DNA of 64,000 nt. Origin: Somniosus microcephalus. Lineage: Eukaryota. The DNA lies in NCBI GenBank assembly GCA_052327205.1, contig CM126214.1, forward strand, positions 185,814,001 to 185,878,000, read 5' to 3'. Under the pieces are notes generated by a model. That model ran no database searches. It was not told where the DNA came from and saw only the letters and a program-made list of their open reading frames with translations. Shown piece after piece: positions 10,172-20,830 of this stretch. Numbering within the stretch: position 1 is the stretch's first letter; the number at the start of each line of letters is the position of its first letter. The position numbers and the translations under genes are program-made.

Positions 10172-11323
10172 TTAGAAGTACCGTGTAATAAGGTGGCGTC
10201 GTGCGGCCCTTGGCCCTGGTCGCTCCCTCCTGGGAACGTACTCCTGCTCCTCCTCCTCCTCCTCCTCATGCTCCTCCTGCTCCTCCTCCTGAGGTACTGG
10301 TCCAACGTCAGGTGGCAGTGCCTGAGTCCTGCGGATAGCCAGGTTGTGTAGCATGCAGCAAACCACCACAAATTGGGAGACCCGGTCCGGCGAATACTGG
10401 AGAGCTCCTCCGGAGTGATCAAGGCAGCGGAGCCGCTGCTTGAGGACCCCAATAGTTTGCTCGATGATGTTGCGGATGGTTTGATGGCTCTCGTTGTAGG
10501 CCTCTTCAGCAGCGGTCCTGGGCGCGCGGAGCGGGGTCATGAGCCAGGTGCACAAAGGATAGCCTTTGTCCCCGAGTAGCCATCCTCTTGGGGGAGGCTG
10601 TGCCTGGAACATGTCATGCACAGTACTCTGCCGCAGGATAAAGGCATCGTGGATGCTGCCTGGGAAGCTGGCATTGACTGCCATGATGCGCTGCTTGTGG
10701 TCACACACCAGCTGCACATTCAGAGAATGGTAGCCCTTCCTGTTGCGATACTGCTCGCCATGCTCCAGAGGGGCCCGCAAAGCCACATGCGTACAGTCAA
10801 TGGCGCCCTGCACCAAGGGGAATTCCCCGAGTCTGGAAAATCCCAATGCGCGCTGATGCTGGCTCTCCAGGGCCATGGGGAAGGAGATGAATTGGCTTCT
10901 CCTTCTGAACAGTGCTTCGGTCACCTGGCGGGTGCAGCGATGCGCGCCGTACTGGGAGATGTTTGCTATGTCCCCAGCAGCATATTGGAAGGAGCCGGTG
11001 GCATAGAAGTTAAATGCCACCGTCACCTTCACTTCCACCGACAGAGACATCCTGCACCTGAGCTTTGGCCGCAGATCTCGGCGAAGCAGGTGGCAGATCT
11101 CTGCAATCACCTCCTTTCGGAATCGGAGCCTTTTAACACATCGCGCGGCACTCATGTTTAGGTAGGAGCGCTGCTGGCGGTATAGCCTGACTGGGTAAGG
11201 CCTACGTGGCCGACGCCTGTAGCCCCCTCTGCCTCTAGCCAGGGCTGCCCCTCTCACAATGCGTCTGCGAGCCCTACGGACATGGAGCTGCAGCTCCGCG
11301 TTGGCACCCCGTGCAACCCCCAT
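10172..11323 (-). CDS. HARBI1-like Harbinger DDE transposase (383 aa), D-D-E motifs retained
   Basis: GAIDCTHV, LLGDKGY and RNIIEQTIG motifs present; no stops or frameshifts. Confidence 0.93.
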   Translation of the reverse strand: MGVARGANAELQLHVRRARRRIVRGAALARGRGGYRRRPRRPYPVRLYRQQRSYLNMSAARCVKRLRFRKEVIAEICHLLRRDLRPKLRCRMSLSVEVKVTVAFNFYATGSFQYAAGDIANISQYGAHRCTRQVTEALFRRRSQFISFPMALESQHQRALGFSRLGEFPLVQGAIDCTHVALRAPLEHGEQYRNRKGYHSLNVQLVCDHKQRIMAVNASFPGSIHDAFILRQSTVHDMFQAQPPPRGWLLGDKGYPLCTWLMTPLRAPRTAAEEAYNESHQTIRNIIEQTIGVLKQRLRCLDHSGGALQYSPDRVSQFVVVCCMLHNLAIRRTQALPPDVGPVPQEEEQEEHEEEEEEEQEYVPRRERPGPRAARRHLITRYF

Positions 11324-12085
11324 CAAATCCTGGCAAACACTCAAATTTCCAAAAGGCCACTTGCAGCGCTCTGGCCTGAGTCCAAAAATACCTGAGCTCT
11401 TGCTGCTTGAAACCAGTTAGCTATCCTCCTTGTTGTGTCTCCAGAAATGCGTTGCACAAGAGTGTTTTCTGAAAAAAGGCTGGCCTTTATACTGGAGAGC
11501 ACGTCCCCTTTAATTTGCGCCCCCCGGAGCCCGCGCTGGTTGTGTTGCGTTCCTTTTTCCAAACGCTCCGGCCGCCAGCCGCACAATGGGGCGGTCCGAC
11601 TGAAGTTTGGAATCGGGGCGGCCAAAGGGCGTTGCACGAGGATGTGACGTCATTTTCTGCGCGCGCATCCGGGCGGGCGCTAAACTTTGCGCCGGCGCTA
11701 ACGGGCAACTTAATTTGGGGCGGGGCGCAAACTGCGCTGCGCACGGGCGCTACACGCATAGCGCCCGAAAATCACTTCTCTTAAGGCGCTAACTGCTGGC
11801 GCTAGCAACTGAAAATCTAGCCCGATGTTTCCACTGTGGGGGAGACCAGACCCAGGGACCATAAATACAAGACAGTCACTAATAAACCCAGGAGAAACTT
11901 CTTCACCCAGAGAGGGGTGAGAGTGTGGAACTGGCCACCACAGGGAGTGGGTGAGGCGAATAGTATAGGTGCATTTAAGGGGAAGCTGGATAAGCGCATG
12001 AGGGAGAAGGGAATAGAGGGTTATTTTGATAGGGTGAGATGAAGAGGGGTGGGAGCAGGCTCATGTGGAGCAGAAACACCGGCAA

Positions 12086-12260
12086 TCGGCCCATCATGCC
12101 TGTGCTAGCTCTTTGAAAGAGCTGTCCAATTAATCCCATTCCCCCGGAAATTCTCCATTTCTCCTTTTCAAATATATATCCAATTCCATTTTGAAAGTTG
12201 CTTCCACCACCCTTTCAGGCAGTGCATTCCAGATCGTAATTAAAAAATTCTCCTCATCAC
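12086..12260 (-). mobile_element. CR1 3' fragment
   Basis: WNALPERVVEA..ELDIYLK CR1 C-terminal motif in ORF 12130-12318. Confidence 0.7.
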
Positions 12261-12704
12261 CACTCGTTAAAATGGCATTTTTGCAGTTTTGGGTTAGAAT
12301 TGCAGTAATCAAGCTCAAGTAATTTTACTACTGCATTTCAGTGACATGTAACATGAGTTACAGAACTGTCCAACGCAGGAAGACAGTCATTTCCTGATCT
12401 GCAGTAGTCTAAGGGTTAATCCAAGCATCAAAATAGCACCTTCGACTGACCCACGGTGACATTTCCATTTCCCACAACAGCTAATCCCCGCGTTCTCTCT
12501 CACTGAGACTACCTGTGCCAATCTGCGCCATAAAATATGGCCAGTTTCACGCCACCTGTTCACACTCACTCAGACCTCTGCTGGCTCTGTGCCAAACCCA
12601 TTCCTGTCAAGGGTCTGAAGGGTTGTGTACATGAGAGCTGTAGAGTTGGTGCACAGCAGCTGTGCGTCGGACCGGCAATGCAGCAAATGCAGCCTGACTC
12701 AGGG

Positions 12705-13502
12705 CTAGGGTTACCTACTCTGGCCGGACGTATTCCTGGAGATTTCATCACATAAATATGGGGTACGGTAGCATAGTGGTTATGTTACTGGACTAGTAAT
12801 CCAGAGGACTGGACTAATAATCTGGTAGACGTGAGTTCAAATCCCTCCACAGAAGCTGGGGAATTTAAAATTCAGTTAATTAAATAAATCTGCAATAAAA
12901 AGCTGGTATCAGTAATGGTGACCATGAAGCTATTGGATTGTTGTAAAAACCCATCTGATTCATTAATGTCCTTTAGGGAAGGAAATCTGTCCTTACCTGG
13001 TCTGGCCTATATGTAACTCCAGACCCACAGCAATGTGGTTGACTCTTAACTGCCCTCTGAAATGGCCCCTCAGTTGTAACAAACCACTGCGACAAAGTTA
13101 ACACTGTGGGAGAACCTTCACCACACGGACTGCAGTGGTTCAAGAAGACGGCTCACCACCACCTTCTCAAGGGCAACTAGGGATGGGCAATAAATGCTGG
13201 CCTTGACAGCCACATCCCACGAACGAATAAATAAAAGAAACATTGCCTCCAACCGCCCCACGCCCGACATGTCCATCCTCACGGTGCACCGGCCTTCCCA
13301 CAGCCAATTGGAAAGCAAATATTTTCCCGATGTTCAATATTTTTATAACTAGTAAAAATTGTTCAGAGAAATTTGAAAAGACACACAATTTCTTATTGCC
13401 CCTATGATTTTATTCCCAGGTGTTGCTCGCAGCAGTGTGTCCGGGAGATTCATCTTTAATTCCTGGAGATGCCAGGGCAATCCTGGGGGGTTGGCAGCCA
13501 TA
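12705..13502 (+). mobile_element. Non-autonomous hAT-like MITE (TAGGGTTGCC-type ends), split by a SINE
   Basis: Ends TAGGGTTACC..GGCAGCCATA; body similar to 34852-35229 and 21716-22991. Confidence 0.6.
12760..13240 (+). mobile_element. tRNA-derived SINE with LINE-derived 3' tail
   Basis: A box TAGCATAGTGG and B box GAGTTCAAATCC; tail matches the 3' end of the LINE at 24853-25510. Confidence 0.8.
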
Positions 13503-14017
13503 CTCAGGACCCGACCCAACACCAGAACAAAGTGGAGTGAGATTCTCTGGAGAAGGGAGTCTCGCTCTGCTTTGCCTTGACACCAGATTTACACTACAAG
13601 CTTAGCATCATCATGAAGCCCTTACAGCCAGGGCTGAATTTAAGCACTGCTCCCGGAGGTGAAAGGCCTGTGCGCTAACCCCTAAGGGTGAAAGGTCAGT
13701 GCGTTATGCCCCCCATGGTCAATTTCTATCAATCCCACTGACAATACGAGTCACAATAGCAACATCAGAAGACAACGAGAAGAAGGCAACCTTCTGATTA
13801 AAAGATTGTTGTGATTACCAGGGCAGAGTTGGGGAGGTGGGAGAAGAGGTAAAGCTCTCTGCTAAGTACCTCCTTCTAGCCAAGCATCCTATCCAGTAGT
13901 GAATGATTCCTAATGATTACTGATCATAAACCCTTCCTAGATAAGTGCTTTTTGTCCCTACCCCTCCACCCTGAATTCAGAATATCCTGCACCCCGCCCC
14001 CCCACCCTGTCTGTATT

Positions 14018-14768
14018 GGCCCAGTAATTCCGGTCCCAACGCGTGAGTACGGACGGGGTACTCACGCGTGGGCCCGTTGGAAGTGCCGGATTTCAGCATG
14101 CACAGCGCATGCGCGGGAAACCAGCATTTCCTCCAAGGGGTTCAGAGGTCCAACGCGTGCGCGCAGGACTCTGCGCGCATGCGTTGAACTTCCTTCTTTT
14201 TGACAGGTTTGCCCGTGTGTAAGGGCCTCAACTTTTTAGAAATGTAAAAAGGAGACGTAAGGACTTGATTCTTTAAGGTAAGTGGTCTATTATTTAAAAT
14301 TATAAAATTTTTTCCACAGCTTTATTGTTTTTAAGGACTTTACAGTAAGGTAAGTGTATTTTTAGACCCGATTTTAAAAAAAAAATTTTTAATTTTGAAT
14401 AATTGTTTAAAATAGTTTTTTTAAAGTTATTTATAGTTCATTTAATTAGTGGGATGTTTATTAAAATTTTATTTAAAGTTTAAGTAGTGTTTTGGGCGCC
14501 CATACTTTTCATGAGTTTGACAGTTCTTACTATCAAACTCATGAATGAAGTTTTCCCTCCCCTGATTGGCTGCCCAGTGCTCACCTGATCCCAGCCGGCA
14601 CATCGAACTAACTACGCCGCTGGATCAGGCAAGCACATCGCGCCGACATCTGAACCGGGCCAGTGACAGGAAATCCAAGCAGTCCCAGGCTTCAGCTGTA
14701 GGCGCGCCAGGTAAGTGCACATCGGGGGCTTGCACGCGCGGCAAGCCCCCGAACCTAATTTCTGGGCC
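14018..14768. mobile_element. Harbinger-type MITE
   Basis: TIRs GGCCCAGTAATT / AATTTCTGGGCC; 3-bp TSD ATT on both sides; GC-rich ends and AT-rich core. Confidence 0.85.
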
Positions 14769-15056
14769 ATTATCTTGTACTTAAACAACAGCAGATTAAT
14801 AGGACTAGTTTGATTTTAATTGTCTTTGGGAACTGTTCAAAATCTTTTGTAATTAGGGAATGTTCGGCTGACTCAAGAACAGCCAGCATGTTGGGTACTC
14901 TCAACAAAACCTTCCATGGCTCATTTTGCTAGTGAGAAACTGGAGGACCTGAACTGTATTTAATTTTTTTGTGTGTCTCGTACCTGCCTTGACCGCCCTG
15001 TAATGAGGATCAGAGTGTACACAAGGCAGAGGGGCAGCTTTAAGTCTGGTTCAGCT

Positions 15057-15530
15057 TCCTGGGATGACAGGACTGTCGTATGAGGAGAGATTGGGTCGAC
15101 TAGGCCTGTATTCACTAGAGTTTAGAAGAATGAGAGGGGATCTCATTGAAACGTATAAAATTCTGACAGGGCTAGACAGACTGGATGGAGGGAGGATGTT
15201 TCCACTGGCTGGGGGGTTTAGAACGAGGGGTCACAGTCTCAGGATATGGGGTAGGACATTTAGGACTCAGGTGAGGTGAAATTTCTTCACACAGAAGGTG
15301 GTGAACCTGTGGAATTCTCTACCACAGAAGGCTGTGGAGGCCAGGTCACTGAATATATTTAAGAAGGAGATAGATAGATTTCTAGACACAAAAGGCATCA
15401 AGGGGTATGGGGAGAGAGCGGGAATATGGTATTGAGATAGAGGATCAGCCATGATCATATTGAATGGCGGAGCAGGCTCGAGGGGCTGAATGGCCTCCTG
15501 CTGCTCCTATGTTTCTATGTTTCTATGTTT
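15057..15530 (+). mobile_element. CR1 LINE 3' fragment
   Basis: LSYEERLGRLGLYSLEFRRMRGDLIETYKI; (ATGTTTCT)n tail. Confidence 0.9.
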
Positions 15531-15754
15531 CACCCATCAAAACATTTCTTTAAAGTATGTCTTTTTTTAACACACGGGGGTCAAACTACTATTTTTCTTC
15601 CCTGCTCTCATATTAACAGTGGTGGACACATGGGCAAGCTGTCCCCAAGCCTCTTGCTACATGGGGGTATACCCGATTGGAACAGCTAGGGATGGCTCTT
15701 TCACTGTCTTCTCCCTCCCTGTGAGGATGTGGCTAGTTACTGCTCAGCATATAT

Positions 15755-16158
15755 AAAGACTTGCATTTCTATAGCACCTTTCATAACCTCAGGATGTCCC
15801 AAAGTGCTTTACATCCAATGAAGTACTTTTGAAGTGTAGTTACTGTTGTAATGTAGGAAATGAGGCAGCCGATAGGTGCACAGCAAGCTTCCACAAAGAG
15901 CAAAGTGATAAGGACCAGATCATCTGTCTTAGTGATGTTGGTTGAGGGAATAAATATTGGCCAGGGCACTGGGGAGAACTCCCCTGCTGATCTTCGAACT
16001 AGTGCCATGGGATCTTTTACGCCCACCTGAGAGAGCAGATGGGGTCTCGGTTTAATGTCTCATCTGAAAGTCGGCACCTCCGACAGTGCTGCACTCCCAC
16101 AGTCCTACACTGAAGTGTCAGCCTAGCTTTATGTGCTCAAGTCTCTGGAGTGGGGCAA
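15755..16158 (-). mobile_element. Deu-domain SINE
   Basis: Reverse complement of the 33340-33795 family. Confidence 0.8.
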
Positions 16159-16444
16159 GGTTGACAATGCCTACAGCACTCCTGAGTTGTGCTACTATAT
16201 CACTGGGCATGAAATAAGGATAGTTACAGTCCACTTCATTGAGTATTCCCAGGTTTTATTTTTAGTGTAAATATTTGGGAGAAAATCAGTGGGGAAAAAG
16301 AATTGGTCCCAAAAAATCCAGGTAAATTCAGAGAATATCAGCAAAAACAATTTTTATCTTGAACTTTGCTGAAACTCAAGAAAACAAGCAAGTGACATAA
16401 AGAAAGATACAGTCAAGCTAAATGAGAACCCACAATTATTTACG

Positions 16445-17110
16445 ATAGCAAAATACTGCGGATGCTGGAAATCCGGAATAACAACTGGAAACGCTGGAAA
16501 AACTCAGCAGGCCAGGCAGCATCAGTGGAGAGAGAAACAGAGTTAACGTTTCAGGTCGATGACCTTTCGTCAGAAGTGGAAAAAAGCAGGAAATGGAACA
16601 GGTTTGGGGGCTGGGAAAAGGGGGAGGGGATGAAAGAACAAAAGGTCAGTGATAGGATAGAAAGCAGGAGAGATTAAGAGACATTGCGAGACATTAAGAG
16701 ATATTCAAGGCAAGAGGAGGTGGTAATGGGACAGGTTAAGGAACAAAGGATGGCTCTAGATGGGGTGTGAATTGCGCTGACAGAATGAAGGACAGCTGCC
16801 ACGTGGGAGGGAAGAAAAAACAATAAGTGTGGATAAAAAAAAATATATATATATATATGTGATAGGGGCCGAGGTTATGATCTGAAACTGTTGAACTCTA
16901 TGTTGAGTCCAGAAGGCTGTAAAGTGCCTAATTGAAAGATGAGGTGCTGTTCCTCGAGCTTACGCTGAGCTTCCGTGGAACAATGCAAGAGGCCGAGGAC
17001 GGTGAGGTCTGAGTGGGAATGGCGCGGTGAATTAAAATGACAGACGACCGGAAGCTCGGGGTCACCCCTTATGGACTGAACGGAGGTGTTCCGCAAAGCG
17101 GTCACCCAAT
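16445..17110 (-). mobile_element. Penelope-like retroelement 3' fragment (GIY-YIG C-terminus plus pLTR-like tail)
   Basis: PVVCHFNSPRHSHSDL.VLGL....EAQRKLEEQHLIFQLGTLQPSGLN is a typical PLE endonuclease C-terminus. Confidence 0.85.
16541..16577 (-). ncRNA. Minimal hammerhead ribozyme-like motif in the PLE tail
   Basis: Minus strand ACTT-CTGACGA-A-AGGTC-ATC-GACCT-GAAA-CG-TT-AACT: core boxes, 5-bp stem II, reduced stem III, one stem I mismatch. Confidence 0.55.
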
Positions 17111-17889
17111 CACAATTATTTACTCTCTTTATAGACACCACTCTTATGTGGCTCACTTAAACCCTAGTTAATTCTTTTAAAATGAAAAGTAAAATTGAAA
17201 CACTTGTGTCTGATAACGCTCCTGTGAAGCGCCTTGGGTCATTTTACTATGTTAAAGGCGCTACATAAATGCATGTTGTTGTTGTTGTTCTCCTGCCACT
17301 GTGATGGTGGGATAATAAAAATTGTTGGAGATAGAGGAACTCTTGCAATTTAACTGCTTGTAAGCAATGCCTTGGTGGGTGACCCGAGTCAGTCTTTGAT
17401 TGATGACCTCCGTCTTGAGGGGACGATCAGTGTGCTAATTTTGCCAGGTCACTGCGGTCCTTGTTCCAGACCCAGCTAGGAATGAAAGATTAACCTTTGC
17501 TGCAGTACAAAGGATCTAATTGTGACCGCAAATACCTGAAAAATTTCCAGACCCCCCCTATCAAATAAAATCCAAATCGTACAGCTTTCTTTCTTGCTGA
17601 AAATCAGGCCCTCTGAGAGATTGTGTGTGTATCTCACCCGTGATGTCAGTGCAGCACACACAGTACACCATGCACAGATGTCAAATGTGGCAATTCTATG
17701 GAAACAAATTTTGGTAAGAAAATAGTGGGAACTTTTGGGGGTGGGGAAGGGGTTCTAAAATTCCAGGGAAATAGTTTTTATTCATTCACCACCTGAAAAA
17801 AATTTGGAACTTTATTGGTAGAAACTGGTAAAAATCGATTTTAATGATCCATCGGCATAAATACACCACTGGCATATATTACTGCTGTA

Positions 17890-18500
17890 TCAACAACAAC
17901 ATTTATATAGCGCCTTTAACGTAGTAAAACGTCTCAAGGTGCTTCATAGAAGCGATTATCAAACAAAATTTGACACCGAGCCACAGAAGGAGAAGGTGAA
18001 CTTGTGGAATTCTCTACCACAGAAGACAGTTGAGGCCAATTTATTAAATATATTCAAGAAGGAGTTAGGTATATTTCTTAAGGCTAAGGAGATCAAGAGA
18101 CATGAGGAGAAAGCAGGGACAGGGTACTGAATTTGGATGATCAGCCATGATTGCATTGAATGGCGGAGCAGGCTCGAGGGGCCGAATGGCCTACTCCTGC
18201 TCCTGTCTTCTACGTTTCTATGTTTCTATGTCTATTAGGGCAGGTGACCAAAAGCTTGGTCAAAGAGATAGGTTTTAAGGAGCGTCTGAAAGGAGGAGAG
18301 AGAGATGGAGAGGTTCAGGGAGGGAATTCCAGAGCTTAGCGCCCAGGCAGCCGAAGGCACGGCCACCAATGGTTGAACGATTATAATCAGGGATGCTCAA
18401 GAGGACAGAATTTGAGGAGCGCAGATATCTCGGAGTGTTGTGGGGCTGGAGGAGATTACAGAGATAGGGAGGGGGCGAGGCCATGGAGGGATTTGAAAAC
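17890..18500 (-). mobile_element. L2 3' fragment with a nested CR1 3' fragment (+, ~17992-18232)
   Basis: L2 sequence resumes after the CR1 (ATGTTTCT)n tail. Confidence 0.8.
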
Positions 18501-19029
18501 CTGTATCATTGGACATAAAGCACTGGTCCCAGGATGTGCCCACCATTTAACAGGAGTTCACTGAACAGATAACAATCCATGCAGGAGGCAACTTGCTGCT
18601 AACTGAAACTTGCTTCTTTTGACCCGTTCTCAAGTGCCGTTGGCTGTACCACGGAACACTAAAGGAAGAGAGTTAAAACTCTACCACTAAACGTGGAGCC
18701 TGACGAAAGCGGACTAGGCCTTGACCCTAAAGGCAACAACAATCTCCAGTGTTACAAAAACAGGTGACAGGATATATGTATGGAAGCTGTAGTCAGCTCT
18801 TAACTCATTCGCTGCCTGCTGCCATTGTGACGTAATTTGCTGCAGTTTCCACTCTGCACAGCTGTGATATAAGATGCCATTAGACAGCTAGAAGGAACTG
18901 TGGGGAGAATTAAGCCAAACGAGCTCTTCAGTGCAGAAAGTTGGTTCCTCTTTACCTGAGCAGCTCTGAAGTTGATCACCGCACAGGTTAGGAGTAAGCT
19001 CTATGAATACCAGCCATATAGAGTGCCGG

Positions 19030-19440
19030 ACGTGGCTCAGTGGTAGCACACTCGCCTCTGAGTCAGACTGTCATGGGTTCAAGTCTCATTCCAAAGAGCT
19101 TGAGCACATAATCCAGGCTGACCCTTGAGTGCACCACTGAGGGTGGTGCCATCTATTGGATGAGGTGTTAAACCACTTGGGTGGATGTATAAGATACCAT
19201 GGCACAATTTCGAAGCAGAGCAGGGGACCACTCCATGGTGTCCTGGCCAATATTTATCTCTCAACCAACATGACTAAAAAAAAATCTGGTCATTATCAGA
19301 TTGCTGTTTGTGGGAGCTTGCTGTGCGCAAGTTGGCTGCTGCACATCCTACATTACAACAGTGACTCCACTTCAAAAGTACTTCATTGACTGTAAAGCGC
19401 TTTGGGACGTCCTGCGATCATGAAATGCTCAAGTTCTTTC
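19030..19440 (+). mobile_element. Deu-domain tRNA-SINE
   Basis: A box TGGCTCAGTGG, B box GGTTCAAGTC, family body and tail. Confidence 0.8.
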
Positions 19441-19837
19441 TTTCTAAAAATGCTTTTGTTCTTTGAGTGGCACAGTTGGGCTCTCTGTGTCATGGGAGGC
19501 AGGAAGCAGCTTGGCTTGATATTCCCCCCTCGCCACACCGTGAAGAAGAAAGTGAAGAGGCATCAAAAAGGAACGTACTTCTATGACATCTTTTAGTCCC
19601 ACGAAACCGCTGGGAGCTATTAAGTGGATTTAATCAGCAATTTCCGGCTCCTCACGTGCCTAGGGTTGCCCCTCCTGGATTGCCCCGGAGGCAAACGCTG
19701 AGGGGCAAGACACCCAGCACCACTGCCACTTGCCTTCAGGTGGCTCCGCCAGAGAGCAGCGCTGGCAGAGAGGCAGGAGCAGGACACTCGATGCAGGAAC
19801 AACATTTGATGTGAGGGGACCCAGAAGTGGAAAGATC

Positions 19838-20160
19838 TTTCGGATTAGATGTTAAACCGAGGCCTCATCTGCTCTTTCTGGTGGACGTAAAAGATCCCAT
19901 GGCACTATTTCGAAGAAGAGCAGGGGAGTTATCTCCAGAGTCCTGGTCAATATTTATCCCTCAATCAACATCGCTAAAACAGATTATCTGGTCATTATCA
20001 CATTGCTGTTTGTGGGAGCTTGCTGTGCACAAATTGGCTGCCTCGTTTCCTACATTACAACAGTGACGACACTTCAAAAAGTACTTAATTGGCTGTAAAG
20101 CGCTTTGAGACGTCCTGAGGTCGTGAAAGGCGCTATAGAAATGCAAGTCTTTATTCTTTC
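19838..20160 (+). mobile_element. Deu-domain SINE, 5' truncated
   Basis: Family body and tail. Confidence 0.8.
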
Positions 20161-20394
20161 TTTTTAAAAGCCATGTGGGCTGCTGTAGATGGCTCGGTGG
20201 GTTAATGCACTGCCTGGTGTGATTCTGAATCTTGCAAAGCAGGAAGTTTCAGCTCAATGTCCAGTCTTGTGCTGAGATAGGTGGTCTCAGTCTGGGTTGA
20301 GGCAGGCACTTTACAAATGGCCTGAGCACCCTTAGGCTTCAGGGAGGGGGAACCAATCGGCGAGGGTTTCCACACCCGATCGCACTTGGTTGAC

Positions 20395-20830
20395 CTACAT
20401 TGGCTCCCAGTCCGGCATCGCCTCAATTTTAAAATTCTCATCCTCGTTTTCAAATCCCTCCACGGCCTTCACCCCTCCCTATCTCTGTAATCTCCTCCAG
20501 CCCTACAAACCCTCCGAGATCTCTGCGCTCCTCTAATTCCGGCCTCTTGCACATCCCTGATTTTAATCGCTCCACCACTGGTGGCTGTGCCTTCAGTTGC
20601 CTGGGCCCTAAGCTTGGGGATTCCTTCCCTAAACCTCTCCGCCTCTCTACCTCTCACTCCTCCTTTAAGACGCTCCTTAAAACCTACCTCTTTGACCAAG
20701 CTTTTGGTCACCTGTCCTAATATCTACCTATGTGGCTCGGTGTCAAATTTTGTTTGATAATCGCTCCTGTGAAGCTCCTTGAGACGTTTTACTACGTTAA
20801 AGGCGCCGTATAAATGCAAGTTGTTGTTGA
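20395..20830 (+). mobile_element. L2 LINE 3' fragment
   Basis: LHWLPV..FKILILVFKSLHGL motif; (TTG)n tail. Confidence 0.85.

Larger units (their letters stand above)
7406..11823 (-). mobile_element. PIF/Harbinger DNA transposon, full-length copy 2 (4418 bp), inverted relative to copy 1
   Basis: TIR GGGCTAGATTTTCAG at 7406-7420 and inverse at 11809-11823; 3-bp TSD GAT at 7403-7405 and 11824-11826. Confidence 0.98.
7300..12085 (+). mobile_element. CR1 LINE 3' fragment split by Harbinger copy 2 (7300-7405 and 11824-12085)
   Basis: GTAGAGAAGAT|GTTTCCAC joins across the insertion and matches the uninterrupted CR1 at ~31800. Confidence 0.85.

Noticed and set aside
2462-11823. Assembly fold-back artefact as the explanation for the inverted pair
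   Set aside because: The arms differ at many positions, the spacer is not mirrored, and copy 2 has an independent TSD in a split CR1; long reads are still desirable
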